Under the pieces are notes generated by a model. The model was not told the DNA's origin. It searched no databases and saw nothing but the letters and a program-made list of their open reading frames with translations. A stretch of 64,000 nucleotides of DNA, taken from the NCBI RefSeq assembly GCF_006345805.1, contig NC_043000.1:144274001-144338000 (forward strand), in the 5' to 3' direction. Shown here one piece after another: positions 39,305 through 52,084 of the stretch (position 1 is its first letter; every line of letters begins with the position of its first letter). The translations under genes were made by a program, and so were the position numbers. The stretch is from Octopus sinensis (lineage: Eukaryota).

Positions 39305-39334
39305 ATATATATATAATATATATATATATATATG

Positions 39335-39384
<50 letters not shown>

Positions 39385-39539
39385 ATATATATATACAGAG
39401 AGAGATAGAGACAGAGATAGATAGATATATATATATATATGCACACACACAAACATATACATTATATCTATCTATCTATCTATCTAATCTATCTATATAT
39501 ATATATATATATATATATATCATATATATATATATATGT

Positions 39540-39587
<48 letters not shown>

Positions 39588-39737
39588 TATATATATATAT
39601 ATATATATATACAGAAGAGATAAAGACAGAGATAGATAGATAGATATATATATATGCACACACCCAAACATATACATGTATATAGAGATATATATATATA
39701 GACACCTATACATACACACACACACACATATATATAT

Positions 39738-39804
<67 letters not shown>

Positions 39805-39805
39805 C
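39215..39805. repeat. (TATC)n/(TA)n/(GATA)n microsatellite block
   Basis: Directly visible. Confidence 0.95.
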
Positions 39806-40124
39806 ACGTACGCAATAAAGGAATGGCAAACACCAGGATGTACTTAAGTCGGTAATGATTCATATAGATTGAGAAAGGGAGAGCGACAGAAGGAGATAAC
39901 ATGACATTGATTCGGAAATTAGCATACCAACTCGAAATAAAAAGAGGTGACTTCTATTGATGTATTTTATAAATGACAGATTGATAAATTCGTAGTAATC
40001 ACCTCATTGTTCTTTTTTATTGTATATCGGCTAATATTTTTACATTAATTGTATAATGAAATTTATTTCCGGTTATTCTCTGCATTACGTATTTATCCGC
40101 AATTTTCCTAATTTAAGCCAATAG

Positions 40125-40178
40125 CATCCGTCCGAGACTTCGTCGATAAGGAATTATGCCATTTGCCGTTTCTTGATG
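40125..40178 (+). CDS. candidate 54-nt exon
   Basis: ttttcctaatttaagccaatag|...gatg|gtagtt; phase 1-1, reads SVRDFVDKELCHLPFLD. Confidence 0.22.
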
Positions 40179-41559
40179 GTAGTTCAATATAAACTAGATT
40201 ACAGTTATATTATGTTTCAAGTAAATATGTTTACTCAGTTGTAATGGATAAAACTGCCTCTTTTATAGATTCTTAAATCAGTGAAGAAACTATAAAAGAA
40301 CCCTGACATTCGTTTTCCATTGCAATCGGTTTTATATTTTCGTTATTTTTTGTTCCTTTTCTCTTTCTGGCTGCGGTGTCGGATATCCTCAATTATGAGA
40401 TTTATTGAGAAAATTAATTCATTTTTCGTGGAAAATAACTAAGATATAGGAATGAAATACTACTCATTGACTATTATTTGTATCTGTGAGCTACCAGCAA
40501 AAAGAAAAGTGTTAGTTTCAGCTGAATGGAACAACAAGCTTTCGAGAAAATCAATGAAAACCTACTCACACAGGAATCCGCTGCGCAAAATACTCTTCGA
40601 TAAAACGGATCGGAAAATATTCAATCAAGTTGTACAGAATAGTAATTGATTAACGGTAATAGAAAATATCGTGTTCGTATGAGAATAAATACTGATACTA
40701 ATAAACGAATATAATGGCTATCCATACTATGCGTGATTCAATGGAGGTTTCAGAAAGAATTTAAAAAAATCGAGTCGGTATTAGAGACCAGGATTAATTA
40801 GAAAGAATATGAAAAAGTCAAATTTTATTTCGCCCCACCGGACCCGGTTAAATTGTTCTATATTTAATGCCGAACTGGCTTTGTAAAATTTGACATTTTC
40901 ACTGCTTCTTGGATTAAAATCCTATATATCCTTGTTTTATTTCTTTTGCGAGTTTGGTAGGTATTTTTAGAAACTCTTGAGATATTGTTGAGTAAAATAA
41001 AGTCGAAAATTTAGGCCTATTTAAATAAACGTTATTGACATATTTTAAAAAGAATCTGCAAATCTTAGTAATCCTTCGGCAGTTCAAGCAGTCACAGTTA
41101 TACGCTAAATTTTCAGTAAAATATGTAAAATCAATTTTTTAAAACACAATTACTGTATATATCCATAAAGAGCATTGAAATGAATTAAATCCACTCATCA
41201 TTTTAACACTCAGGATCATGTTCTGTACGAAGGAACTATATTACCATTATTATATACATTACACCGTGCTTCTGGATATTCATTCAAGAAGCATTTTCCT
41301 ACAATATTCGTCTCTAACTACTTTTACATTATTCACATTGGTCTTTGAAGCATTTTGTTTTCTCTTATGAATACCTACCAGGTTTAGCCAATACGTTTTG
41401 GACATTTACAGATCATTTTTGACAGCCTCTTTCTTCATGTTACATCATTAATTTGATACCATGTGTTGACCAATCGTTGTTGAAACGTTTACATTTTTAT
41501 TTATGTTACGCGTAAACATAATTTTTATATTCTTTATTTTACAGCTTTGATAAAGTTTC

Positions 41560-41850
41560 GTGAAAAGAAAGATTGAGTACAAGGACGGCGCGAAGAAAAT
41601 GATCGATCTGCGATCCCCAGGAACCGTCAAGGTATGTGTGGCAGAAACCTGTTTCAAACGTTTCAAGGACAGTGACACAAACCTCTATGACAAATCAAGG
41701 CCAGGGAACCCTTATGTGGAAGATGAGGTGTTACTTTTTCAAGCTTGTTCACTGGCTAAGCTACAACGAAGCACAAACACCCGTACATTATCCGTAGGAA
41801 TTGATCCTTCATAAACAATTGTCAATCGACACCTCCATAATCTCGGGGTG
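41560..41850 (+). mobile_element. mariner N-terminal remnant
   Basis: CFKRFKDSDTNLYDKSRPGNP...STNTRTLS..TIVNRHLHNLG matches WFKRFKxGDTxLxDxxRSGRP / STRxL / HLxxLG. Confidence 0.7.
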
Positions 41851-44360
41851 TGAAAACACATGGATACACACATATAAACATAATACATATATATACGCTT
41901 ATGTATACATATATTAAATATTTTTATGATTTCTCTTCACAAGTACAATGTTCTACTTAGCGTATGTATAATTATTTCAATTTGTCTACAAAACGTTTTA
42001 TTTTATCCTCTTGCAAACTATGCTACGTCTCTGACAACTTTTCTATTATTTCGATGTTTGTTCTTACACTTTTTATCGAGACTTTAATTGAGATGACTTT
42101 GACCACAATAGGCATACACCCACATCGTAATCTAAATGCCAGGAACTGGTCATTACACTCGCATTTTCTTCACATTTCCTGCATATATATATATAGGTTA
42201 CAAGGTTTTATATGACCCGAACCAAAATTTCATTTAATCAATCTTGCTGTCAGTTGTGAGCTCATGTGTAATATCAACTGCGTGCTAACTAACTGAAGGA
42301 ATTGAAATATATGAAATCCTGTTTCACAGGCACATGACAAATATATAAGGCACTTACATGCATGCGTAAACGCATTCACATATATATTCTCAGCGTGTAT
42401 TTACGTAGAGAATATTGGATGATTTGCCGTGATTAAATGCGCCAATCACCCACTAATGTTTTCACATCTCAAAAGAGTACGTACCCAGCAATAAGAGGTA
42501 TATATTCGCCTTCTTCCGTTCGTAGATACAGGTTCACAAATATATGCTGACAACTTACGTATATGAACCCAAACACACAAATGTAAGTGTACCTATTTTA
42601 TTGCACTATGCGTGTTTGTGTGTTTGTTGTGTGTGTGTGTGTGTGTGTGAGCATGTGTTCGACAAATGTGCGTGTGTATATGTGCGTATGTGATTGTGTA
42701 ATCGCGTGTGTGTGTAAAACAGTGAGGGAGAGAGAGAGAGAGAGGGGGTGTGAGAGAGGAATGAGATTGAGAAACTTACGGGAATATAAGTACAAGAATT
42801 GTACAAGAATTTGTAAACAAATTCAGCAAAAATTTATTCATGAATTACCCATATGCACATAATTATACGTAGGTGCGTAATATGTGTGTGTGTGCATTTG
42901 TTAGTGTTTATGTATGTGTGTTTGCCTTTGCCTGTGTATTTTAAGTATCTATACATTGCTATTCATGAGCTTACCCACATAATATATATAGTAGTTCTTG
43001 ACATAATTTTTCTCAGCAATATGAGATAGATTGATTATAAATAATGTATGTAGAACGTCATATCATTATCAAACATGTTTTTCCTGTATTTCTCCGTAAA
43101 CCGATTCGAAATTTGACTTTTGTCAAATCCTTAGATGTTATATCGCAGTTGAATATAAAGTTCTTCTAGGACCAATTAACCAAGCCCCGAACTCATTGGT
43201 AAGGTGTTGTGCACTTTAGTACCAGCCTACCAATCTTCCTGGCGACGTATATAAGACTAACTATATACACATCTACTTATCTATTTACCGAGACACATGC
43301 ATACATATAGCTACATGTGTTTGCGTGTGCGTGTGCATGGTATTAACTGCGTTAATGTCTCTCTCTACTACATGTTCATGTGAAAGTATACGTTCATACG
43401 TTCTAAGCTATCTACATATATAGATTAAAAGGGAGAGAGGAAAAGAGACAAAGAATGAATATACGCGATGATAGAGATTTCGGTTTCTTTGTATTTATGA
43501 GTATTTATACTCAAGTCACATGTTCTATCTTGTAAGGTAAATTGTAAATAATAAGTACACAATCTAATTGTGGTTGGCATTCATTTTCTATAAAGCATTG
43601 TTATTAATAGGAAAATCTTTCTCTTGATATCGACAATGATCTTAAAGATAGGAACGCTAATTGCGTGTTTTAAAATAATTTAAGTTCAGACATCAATATT
43701 CAAGTGTCATTGGAACTAGCGATTTTTGTAATGCACATATATTGTTCTTTCCTTTTACGGAAAGCCATTGTAACAACATCCGATTAATGTATAATAAAGT
43801 ATGTCATAGAGGAAGTTATGATACGACAATCTTTATAAACATAATCTGTTTCTTTATACAAATTGAAAAATCTTAAAAAGAATCCTATTATACATAACAT
43901 CATTTGTTATTGTTATTAATTCTAGTATGTGTAGTTCAGTTGTTAGAATCCATTAATACATTAGGTATGTTTTATTGTAAGCAAATACTCGCATCGATCT
44001 TTATTCACAATTACATCAAGAATTATTCTCCATAATATAGCATGAATATAATGCTGTATACAATTCAAGTATAGCACAAAAGATAGAAAGACAAGAATAT
44101 ATTTTATGTGATGTGTCGTAGGCTTGAATTTACTGTGATAGTTGCTGTCAGTGCAATCCTACATAAATGTAAAGCTGTACCCAAAATCATGAGGTAGATA
44201 TCCTTGTTATTCAGTATTAAGCCATATTGTCAACTAAGTATATCCACCTATTTTCCTTTATATTAGTGTAAATATTTGCATGCTTATATATATATGTATC
44301 CCGTTCTTCTCTCTCTCTTGCTCTTTCTCTCTCTCCCTTTTTTCTCTCTCTCTCTCTTAT

Positions 44361-44394
<34 letters not shown>

Positions 44395-44420
44395 CTATAT
44401 ATATACACATATAGGCTTAA

Positions 44421-44480
<60 letters not shown>

Positions 44481-44789
44481 ATATTATATATATACGTACA
44501 TAGATCATTAACCAACGCTTATTGAGGGACATTTGGAGTGAGATGGGTTACACGAAAAACTTTGTAACTGGGTCCCATATGCAAGGTCATGCGCAGTTAA
44601 TCGTGAATTAACATCACCATGTCGCACACATAAGGCTCTGATGTATGTGCCTGGTATACCCTTATCAGACTGGTAATCATGATGGGTATACTGGGCTTCG
44701 TAAATATTGTCCCATTGTCACTTTGATGGCTTGCACTGCTCAATAAAAATATGTATGTATATATATATAGCATGTACGTATGTGTAAAT

Positions 44790-44845
<56 letters not shown>

Positions 44846-44852
<7 letters not shown>

Positions 44853-45613
44853 TGGCAGGGCTGGCCTGCTAGGTAGCCGGCCAGAATGCTAGAAATAGAT
44901 CATGAACGATCAAACTACAAGGGAATTCTCTAGAGGAAGAATTCAGCGAACACCAGAACCAAATTTGGCGGGCAGGACATATGAAAAATTAAATAAAAAA
45001 ACAGACTTAATGCATACCTCGGTTTCGGTCTTAACAAAAGAATTACTTGCATAATTCAAGTGTCCGTGACTTCTTCAGTACATTCGGTCCTCGAGATGCA
45101 AACTGAAAGACTAACCCCAGCTCTCTGTGTCAAGACAGACACGTGGTTAGTCTTACTGATTACATCGGGAATAAAATTTCAAATGTCTTGGTTCCGGCGC
45201 GCTAAGAGACTCCTGAAGCGAAGGGCTGCAGTGAATAATTCACTGCGGGTAAGCGTACTACTAGGGAACGTATTTATTTAAATATTTAAAAATGAGGGAG
45301 ATAAATTAATATTAATTTTAATATCAATTTAAAACCAGTAGTCCAGCATTCAAAAAATCTGAGGAGTCAGAGAAAATTCAAATATATGTGGATATTAAAA
45401 TTAATATTTCGCTGAATTCTTCCTCTAGAGAATTTCCCTTGTAGTTTGATCGTTGATGATCTATTTCTAGCATTCTGGCCGGCTACCTAGCAGGCCAGCC
45501 CTGCCAATATACACATATATTTGAATTTTCTCTGACTCCTCAGATTTTTTGAATGCTGGACTACTGGTTTTTAAAATTGATATTAAAATTAATATTAATT
45601 TATCTCCCTCAAT
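44846..45613. mobile_element. rearranged PLE pLTR-like repeat with interlaced inversions
   Basis: 44846-44950 is the reverse complement of 45408-45511; 45292-45390 is the reverse complement of 45512-45613. Confidence 0.8.
45009..45084 (-). ncRNA. type I hammerhead ribozyme motif
   Basis: AATGTA-CTGAAGA-AGTC..GACC-GAAA-CCGAGG-TA-TGCATT; 6-bp stem I with one U.G pair. Confidence 0.7.
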
Positions 45614-45652
45614 TTATACACTATTATATATATTATAATATTTATATATATA

Positions 45653-45692
<40 letters not shown>

Positions 45693-46031
45693 TATATATA
45701 CAAATATGAGAGAAAATCCACTATGTGGACGATCTTACGCTAAAGATAGATCCGCAAGGGTCTCAACCACTAAGAATTGTTCTCAAGGAGAATTTAGCAG
45801 ACTAAGAACGTAAGCGAGCAGGACAAATGAAAAATAACAGAAATATTGATTAACCCCAAACAATTGTTTCACTGTTAATAAATTATGAAATTTTACATAC
45901 AAAATGAATCCACAGATCATCAGTGAGATTCGTCATAAAATATAATTTGTCGAACTGCACGCCAAATATTAATACGAGATCAAAAATACGAGTAGTTTGG
46001 CCTATTATACTCGTAGTTATATTCAAATGCC

Positions 46032-46106
<75 letters not shown>

Positions 46107-46144
46107 GTGTGTGTGTGTGTGTATGTATGTATGTATACAGGTAT

Positions 46145-46352
46145 ATATGTGACCTGTGAGTACCGCCAGCTTTTTTTTTCTTCTGTCTTCCCTTCTCGGG
46201 ATCTTTCCTGCTCCTATGTTTCCGACGAAGAGCTCCGCTCGAAACGTTACACCCTCCTTCTTCCCTTCTTTCCTGAGCGTCCAATAATACTTTATTTATT
46301 CCACGTCCTCGCGTTGCTGTGTTTTTTTTGTGTTTTCTTGTTTTGGATTAAC
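46145..46352 (+). mobile_element. ~200-bp pLTR-like unit with variant minimal HHR (CCGACGA)
   Basis: gttt-CCGACGA-A-GAGCtccGCTC-GAAA-CGTT-acac; homologous to 24796-24995. Confidence 0.75.
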
Positions 46353-47429
46353 TATATATATGTATACATGTATTTGTTCGAATATATGAGTTGTCAAAAA
46401 AATTTGTTGTCCCTTGAGACGGTCATTCAGTTAATAACAAAGATACACCCATTGGTTCAATATCACTTCTTTATTTTTAGTCAATGGGTTAATACATATA
46501 ACCAAGAAAACTAATTGAGTCTTGCTTTAACGCGTCGAATCACTATCAATTGGTCGTTTGTTTGTCAATGTCTTTTCGTTGCTATTCGCAAACTTATTGA
46601 AATAACTTCTCTGTTCAAGTTCTACATTGCTTCTATCTGAGGATTAGTCTTATGACGGAGTGTATGTATGTCCGTATATGTATGTTTAAATGTGTAGTTG
46701 TTTAGAAGAGAATGGGTGTGTGAGAATAAAGGCAGAGTTTTATTGTGGTTATTTTTTTGTAGTTTTAAGTGTAAACTCGCTGACTTGACAGCATGCATAT
46801 TTGTATTTTATCAGTGTGTGTATATTAACCATCCGTGACTTCCTTGAGCATTGGGTATTTTGCTTCTGATCTTGATCTTAGATCTGCTGGGATATGCTTG
46901 TCATCCTATAAATATTAATGGGTTTAGCTCATGTCTGGAATGGGTGAGAACAACAGAGTAGAAGTGCATGCAACCCGTGCGCTTGTGTGGTCTAGTGTGC
47001 GTGTAATGTGGTTGGGTAATTTCTGTGAATGTAAATGTTCTCTATGTATGTGTGTAAATTTGCGAGTGTTTGCTTATGTATATGCGTTCCAGTGTGTATG
47101 CGTGTGTGTGCGTATGTGTGTGTGTGTGTGCACATGCGTGTGCATGTACTGAGCATGTTTTCCGAGTGTGCAATGTTTGTCTTACACGCATATACATACA
47201 TGTAGAGATACACAAATATATACACGCACACACACACACACATATGCATGTAAAGTATATACATACATATACACACATACGTACACATTCACAAAATTAA
47301 AAAGGAGAGGGAAACAACGAAAAACTATACATATATAAAAAATAAAAAATAATGGAAGTTAAAACAGGGAAATAGATTGTGCAGAAACAGTAAAAAAATG
47401 GATTCTAGCCGTGATCTTGGGGACACAAA

Positions 47430-47695
47430 ATATATAACAGGTATTTTGCTACATAAGGATATGAACCAAAAAGTTCAGTTCTTGAATTTAGACCGGTATC
47501 GGGGTCCATGGAAATTTCCCAGACGAGCCATCTTTTCATATTACAAGAACTGCCCCTTGCCACCACCGTCGCTGTAAGGTTTACACTTGGCTAAGATGTT
47601 CCAGTAAATCCTGTAGTTGAGAACTTGTTCTTTTAAAAAGCATATATAACTGGATAATTGGTAGTTTTTTCTTTACTGCAGTGTCTGAAGATAGA
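47430..47695 (-). mobile_element. decayed PLE endonuclease 3' fragment, related to 58045-60486
   Basis: FRHCSKEKTTQLSSYI..YRIYWNILAKCKPYSDG..LNSRTELFGSYPYVAKYL parallels 59930-60170. Confidence 0.8.
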
Positions 47696-47738
47696 TAGTT
47701 ACATACATATCATATATAGATAGTTACATACATATTCA

Positions 47739-47796
<58 letters not shown>

Positions 47797-47804
47797 ATAT
47801 ACTA

Positions 47805-47839
<35 letters not shown>

Positions 47840-47856
47840 GCATGAATGTATGTATG

Positions 47857-47887
<31 letters not shown>

Positions 47888-47925
47888 ATATATATATATA
47901 TATAATATATATACATATATATACA

Positions 47926-47959
<34 letters not shown>

Positions 47960-48027
47960 AATATATATACATATCTATCTATGTATCTATCTATCTATCT
48001 ATCTCTCTCTCTCCTCTCTCCCTCTCT

Positions 48028-48066
<39 letters not shown>

Positions 48067-48623
48067 GTGTATGTGAGTGAGCGTTTGTGTGTTGATTTAT
48101 GTCGATTCCAGTCATGGATTTGAATTTTTGGCTTACTAGGATGCTTCAAATGTTACAACTCTCACATGGATACCGATAAAATCCTTTTCTCAAGTAACGT
48201 GAAATCACACATTTTTTGCACTTGAAGAAAATGTACTTAATTCTAGGCAGGTCAACTGAGCATGGAGTAGCTTGCTTATCGGGAAATCTATCATTTACAC
48301 CCTTCTTTTGAGAACTTATTGATTCGTTCAGCTACGAATTTCTTAAAGTGTGATCACAAGATAACTTGCACATTTCTTCAGTTCTAGAGTGTCAGAAACA
48401 GAACATTTCTCATTCAAACATGCGCTGCTGAAGTTTGTGTTTGCTTTATTTCATAAGAAATAAAAGGTATAGCATATCTGGTATCAATTGCAACTGGATA
48501 GAATTGCAAGAAACTGAATGAGCATATCTGCATATGTTGTGTACAGACGCTCAGCAAAAGAAACGCATTGTAAATAGATGTCAATTTACGTAAAATTCAC
48601 GTAAAATACATATCTATCTATCA

Positions 48624-48657
<34 letters not shown>

Positions 48658-48845
48658 ATATATAATATATATATTATATATATATATTATATACGTACAT
48701 ATTTATATATATATATATATATTATATATATATATATATATTATTATATATATATATACACAATATATATATACATATATATATATATACATAAATATAT
48801 ACATATATATACACATATAATATACATATATATATACATATATAT

Positions 48846-51423
48846 AACCTCCCCCATGTGAACTGGCCCACAATTACTCTGAAGTTAGGCAAGTGCTCTA
48901 ATCAGATCGAGCAGCAGCAGAACTGCTCTTTAATCTGATGGATGAGTATTTCCTGACTGAGCTAGTGATTGAACCAACGAGACAGAATAAAACGATCTTG
49001 GATCTGGTATTGACAATCACTCTAGCTACGTTCACAGTATTTCAGTCGAAAAAACCTCTCCTCTCAGACACGACATGGTACTCTGCAATCTTAATTCCCG
49101 ACGTATAAAAACCAAACCAGCCAATCCCACTCCATGGCACCCATTTGACAACATAAACGTCCACAAAGCGGACTGGGGAACAATCAGAAAGGATCTGTCT
49201 TCCATCGACTGGTCTTTTACTCTCAATTCCTCTCATATTGAGACCGCGTGGCAGCACTTTGAAAACATTGTCACCTATACATGCTCTAAACACGCTCCCA
49301 AGAAATCTACTAACACAAACAGAAACCGGCTCCCTAAAAAGAAAAAAAAACACTCATCAGGCGCATCAAAAGACTCAACAAAAAAATCAACAATTAAAAT
49401 ATTCCCACACACAACATCCACTCAACAACAATGAAAAGACTAGAGCTGGAAAAACTTCATCTGCAGACCAACATGAAAACCTCCATTGAAAATCAAAGAG
49501 CTGTGGAGGAACAATGGGTAATCAAAAACATCAAACAGAACCCAAAAGAGTTCTCCTCGTGTGTAAATAAGCATAGAACCACTGTCTCACCCATTTGGCC
49601 ATTGATTGATGATAACGGCATTCCCCAACACGATGCTAAAGAAATGGCAGAAATACTGCAGAAACATTACTGCTCTGTCTTTAGTGTTCCCACTGATATT
49701 GACGTAAGAGAAACGAACGAAGTTGACTCCCAACACAAAATCTCAGACATAACCTTCACTACCACCGACATCGTAGCAGCAATAAATGAGGTCAAACATT
49801 ACTCTGCTGTAGGCCCTGATAGATTTCCCGCTAGCCTCCTGAAGGAATGTAGATACCAACTTGCAGTCCCTCTGACCAACCTCTGGAGAAGTTCGTTAGA
49901 CGCAGGTTATATACCGAAGCAGTTTCTATCCCAGTCGGTCATCCCGATTTTCAAACAGGGAAACAGATCCCTCGCAGTCAACTGTCGCCCAATCTCACTC
50001 ACCTCCCACAACATTAAAGTGTTTGAAAGAGTGTTAAGATCAAGGATAGCTGACTTCCTGGAGACCCACAAACTGCTAAATGCAAATCATCATGGCTTTC
50101 GCTGTGGCAGGGACTGTCTAACACAGCTTTTACACCACATTGAAGATGTACTCAAAGCCTTGGGAACAGGTTCGAACTCTGACATCATATATCTTGACTT
50201 CAGTAAAGCGTTCGACAGGGTAGACCATAACAGCCTACTCTCAAAATTGGCAAACGTTGGAATCCGTGGAAATGTTCTGCACTGGATTAAGTATTTCCTG
50301 GCGAATAGAACACATGTTGTAGTTGATGGAGTCCACTCAAACCCAGCAAAAGTCACCAGCGGTGTTCCCCAGGGAACTGTTTTGGGTCCGCTACTCTTCT
50401 TAATTTACGTAAACGACCTTTCCAGTGTCGTATATTACTGCAAAGTGAAAATATTTGCTGATGACACTAAGCTCCAGCAAATCGTCAATGAAGAAGCAGA
50501 CCGAACTCAACTCCAGTCTGATCTATATGCTGTGAGTCAATGGGCAGACAGAAACAAAATGCAACTGAACGAGGGAAAATTTGAGCTGATGCATTTTGGA
50601 AGAAATTCCTCACTAAAACAACCATACTCTCTTCCTTTAGGGGAACCGCTCACAGCCTCTAACAATATCAGAGACCTGGGTGTAATTGTTGATGACGATC
50701 TCAGTTGGAGTGCACACATCAACAAGAAGGTCGATATAGCTCGTAGGATGAGTTCCTGGATCTTAAGAACTTTCCGGTCCAGAGAACAAGGTGTCATCAT
50801 ACCACTTTTTTCCTCCTTTGTACGGCCACACCTGGAATACCGCTGCCCACTGTGGTCTCCTCACACAAGACAAAACATCTCCAGAATTGAGTCACCCCAG
50901 AGGTCACTAACTAAACAAATTGAAGGCATGGCTGCTCTCGATTATTGGGATCGCCTTAAAGCCTTGAAACTTTACTCCCTCCAGCGTCGCCGTGAACGGT
51001 ACATCATTTGTACGATGTGGAAAATATACCGCCAACTTTGCCCAAACGACCTAAACATTAGCTTCAAGGTTCATCCAAGACTTGGACCACGGGCTATACG
51101 TCCCCTGCCCAATTCAAGATCACAACATACATGTACACTGCAACATAATTTCTTTTCCTCAACAGGCCCTGCCCTATTTAACATTGTCCCGAGGGAGATC
51201 AAAGAGGAAAAGGATCCCATCAACTTTAAACAGAGTCTGGATAGATTCCTTCAAAGAATACCAGATAAGCCACCCATAATTGGATACAACTCACCCAACA
51301 AGAACTCACTACTTAAACAAAACTTGACTTAAACAGGATTCGAATAATCCTCTCAGGTGGTGCTATTAAGTTAGACATGCCTGGACCAATCTTTGGTCGA
51401 AACATATCTAAGTTATCTAAGTT
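48846..51423 (+). mobile_element. 5'-truncated CR1/L2-like LINE (C-terminal APE remnant, RT, 3' hairpin and atctaagtt tail)
   Basis: NLPHVNW, EPTR..ILDLVLT and SLSD(H)DMV APE remnants; 3' hairpin GACCAA-tct-TTGGTC; tail atctaagtt twice; both ends lie in (TA)n. Confidence 0.92.
49431..51332 (+). CDS. LINE reverse transcriptase ORF, 633 aa
   Basis: GPDRF, RPISLTS..KVFER, HGFR, YLDFSKAFDRVDH, SGVPQGTVLGPLLF, IFADDTK, RDLGV motifs. Confidence 0.95.
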   Translation: MKRLELEKLHLQTNMKTSIENQRAVEEQWVIKNIKQNPKEFSSCVNKHRTTVSPIWPLIDDNGIPQHDAKEMAEILQKHYCSVFSVPTDIDVRETNEVDSQHKISDITFTTTDIVAAINEVKHYSAVGPDRFPASLLKECRYQLAVPLTNLWRSSLDAGYIPKQFLSQSVIPIFKQGNRSLAVNCRPISLTSHNIKVFERVLRSRIADFLETHKLLNANHHGFRCGRDCLTQLLHHIEDVLKALGTGSNSDIIYLDFSKAFDRVDHNSLLSKLANVGIRGNVLHWIKYFLANRTHVVVDGVHSNPAKVTSGVPQGTVLGPLLFLIYVNDLSSVVYYCKVKIFADDTKLQQIVNEEADRTQLQSDLYAVSQWADRNKMQLNEGKFELMHFGRNSSLKQPYSLPLGEPLTASNNIRDLGVIVDDDLSWSAHINKKVDIARRMSSWILRTFRSREQGVIIPLFSSFVRPHLEYRCPLWSPHTRQNISRIESPQRSLTKQIEGMAALDYWDRLKALKLYSLQRRRERYIICTMWKIYRQLCPNDLNISFKVHPRLGPRAIRPLPNSRSQHTCTLQHNFFSSTGPALFNIVPREIKEEKDPINFKQSLDRFLQRIPDKPPIIGYNSPNKNSLLKQNLT

Positions 51424-51424
51424 T

Positions 51425-51477
<53 letters not shown>

Positions 51478-51481
<4 letters not shown>

Positions 51482-51534
51482 TTAGATATGTTCCACCAAA
51501 GATTGGTCCAGGCCATGTCTAACTTAATAGCACC
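51478..51534 (-). mobile_element. inverted ~56-bp copy of the LINE 3' end
   Basis: Reverse complement of 51359-51414, on the other side of a (TA)n tract. Confidence 0.85.
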
Positions 51535-51849
51535 GTGTGTCGTTAATTTTGAATTTTCGAACTTTTTGTTGGAACATACGCGAGAAGACCATGCGTCCAT
51601 CAGAAACGATATCTTTTCGTACTTGTTTTAGCGACCTGAAGTTGCGTTTAGTAAATAAACATGTTCATGTATTCCCATTGACACATGACCTTAAGTACAT
51701 AGTTTTTGAGTTTTCCAGGTACCGTACACGATGGATTGTCGCTCAATATAAATTAAATATAAAGATACACACACACATTCACACACATACATACATATAC
51801 GTATATATATATATATAATATGTGTGGTGTATATATATATACATATATG

Positions 51850-51889
<40 letters not shown>

Positions 51890-52084
51890 TATATAATATA
51901 TATATATTATATATATATATATTATATATATATATATATAATATACTATATTATATATATATATATATAATATATAATATATATATATAATATACATATA
52001 TATATTATGTATATATATATATATTATTATATATATATATATTTAATATACATATATATATTATATATATATATATATATGTAT

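Noticed and set aside
48540-48570. Tc1 TIR-like motif gctcagcaaaagaaacgc
   Set aside because: Similar to 39154-39180, but no partner TIR or transposase is nearby; at most a scrap.
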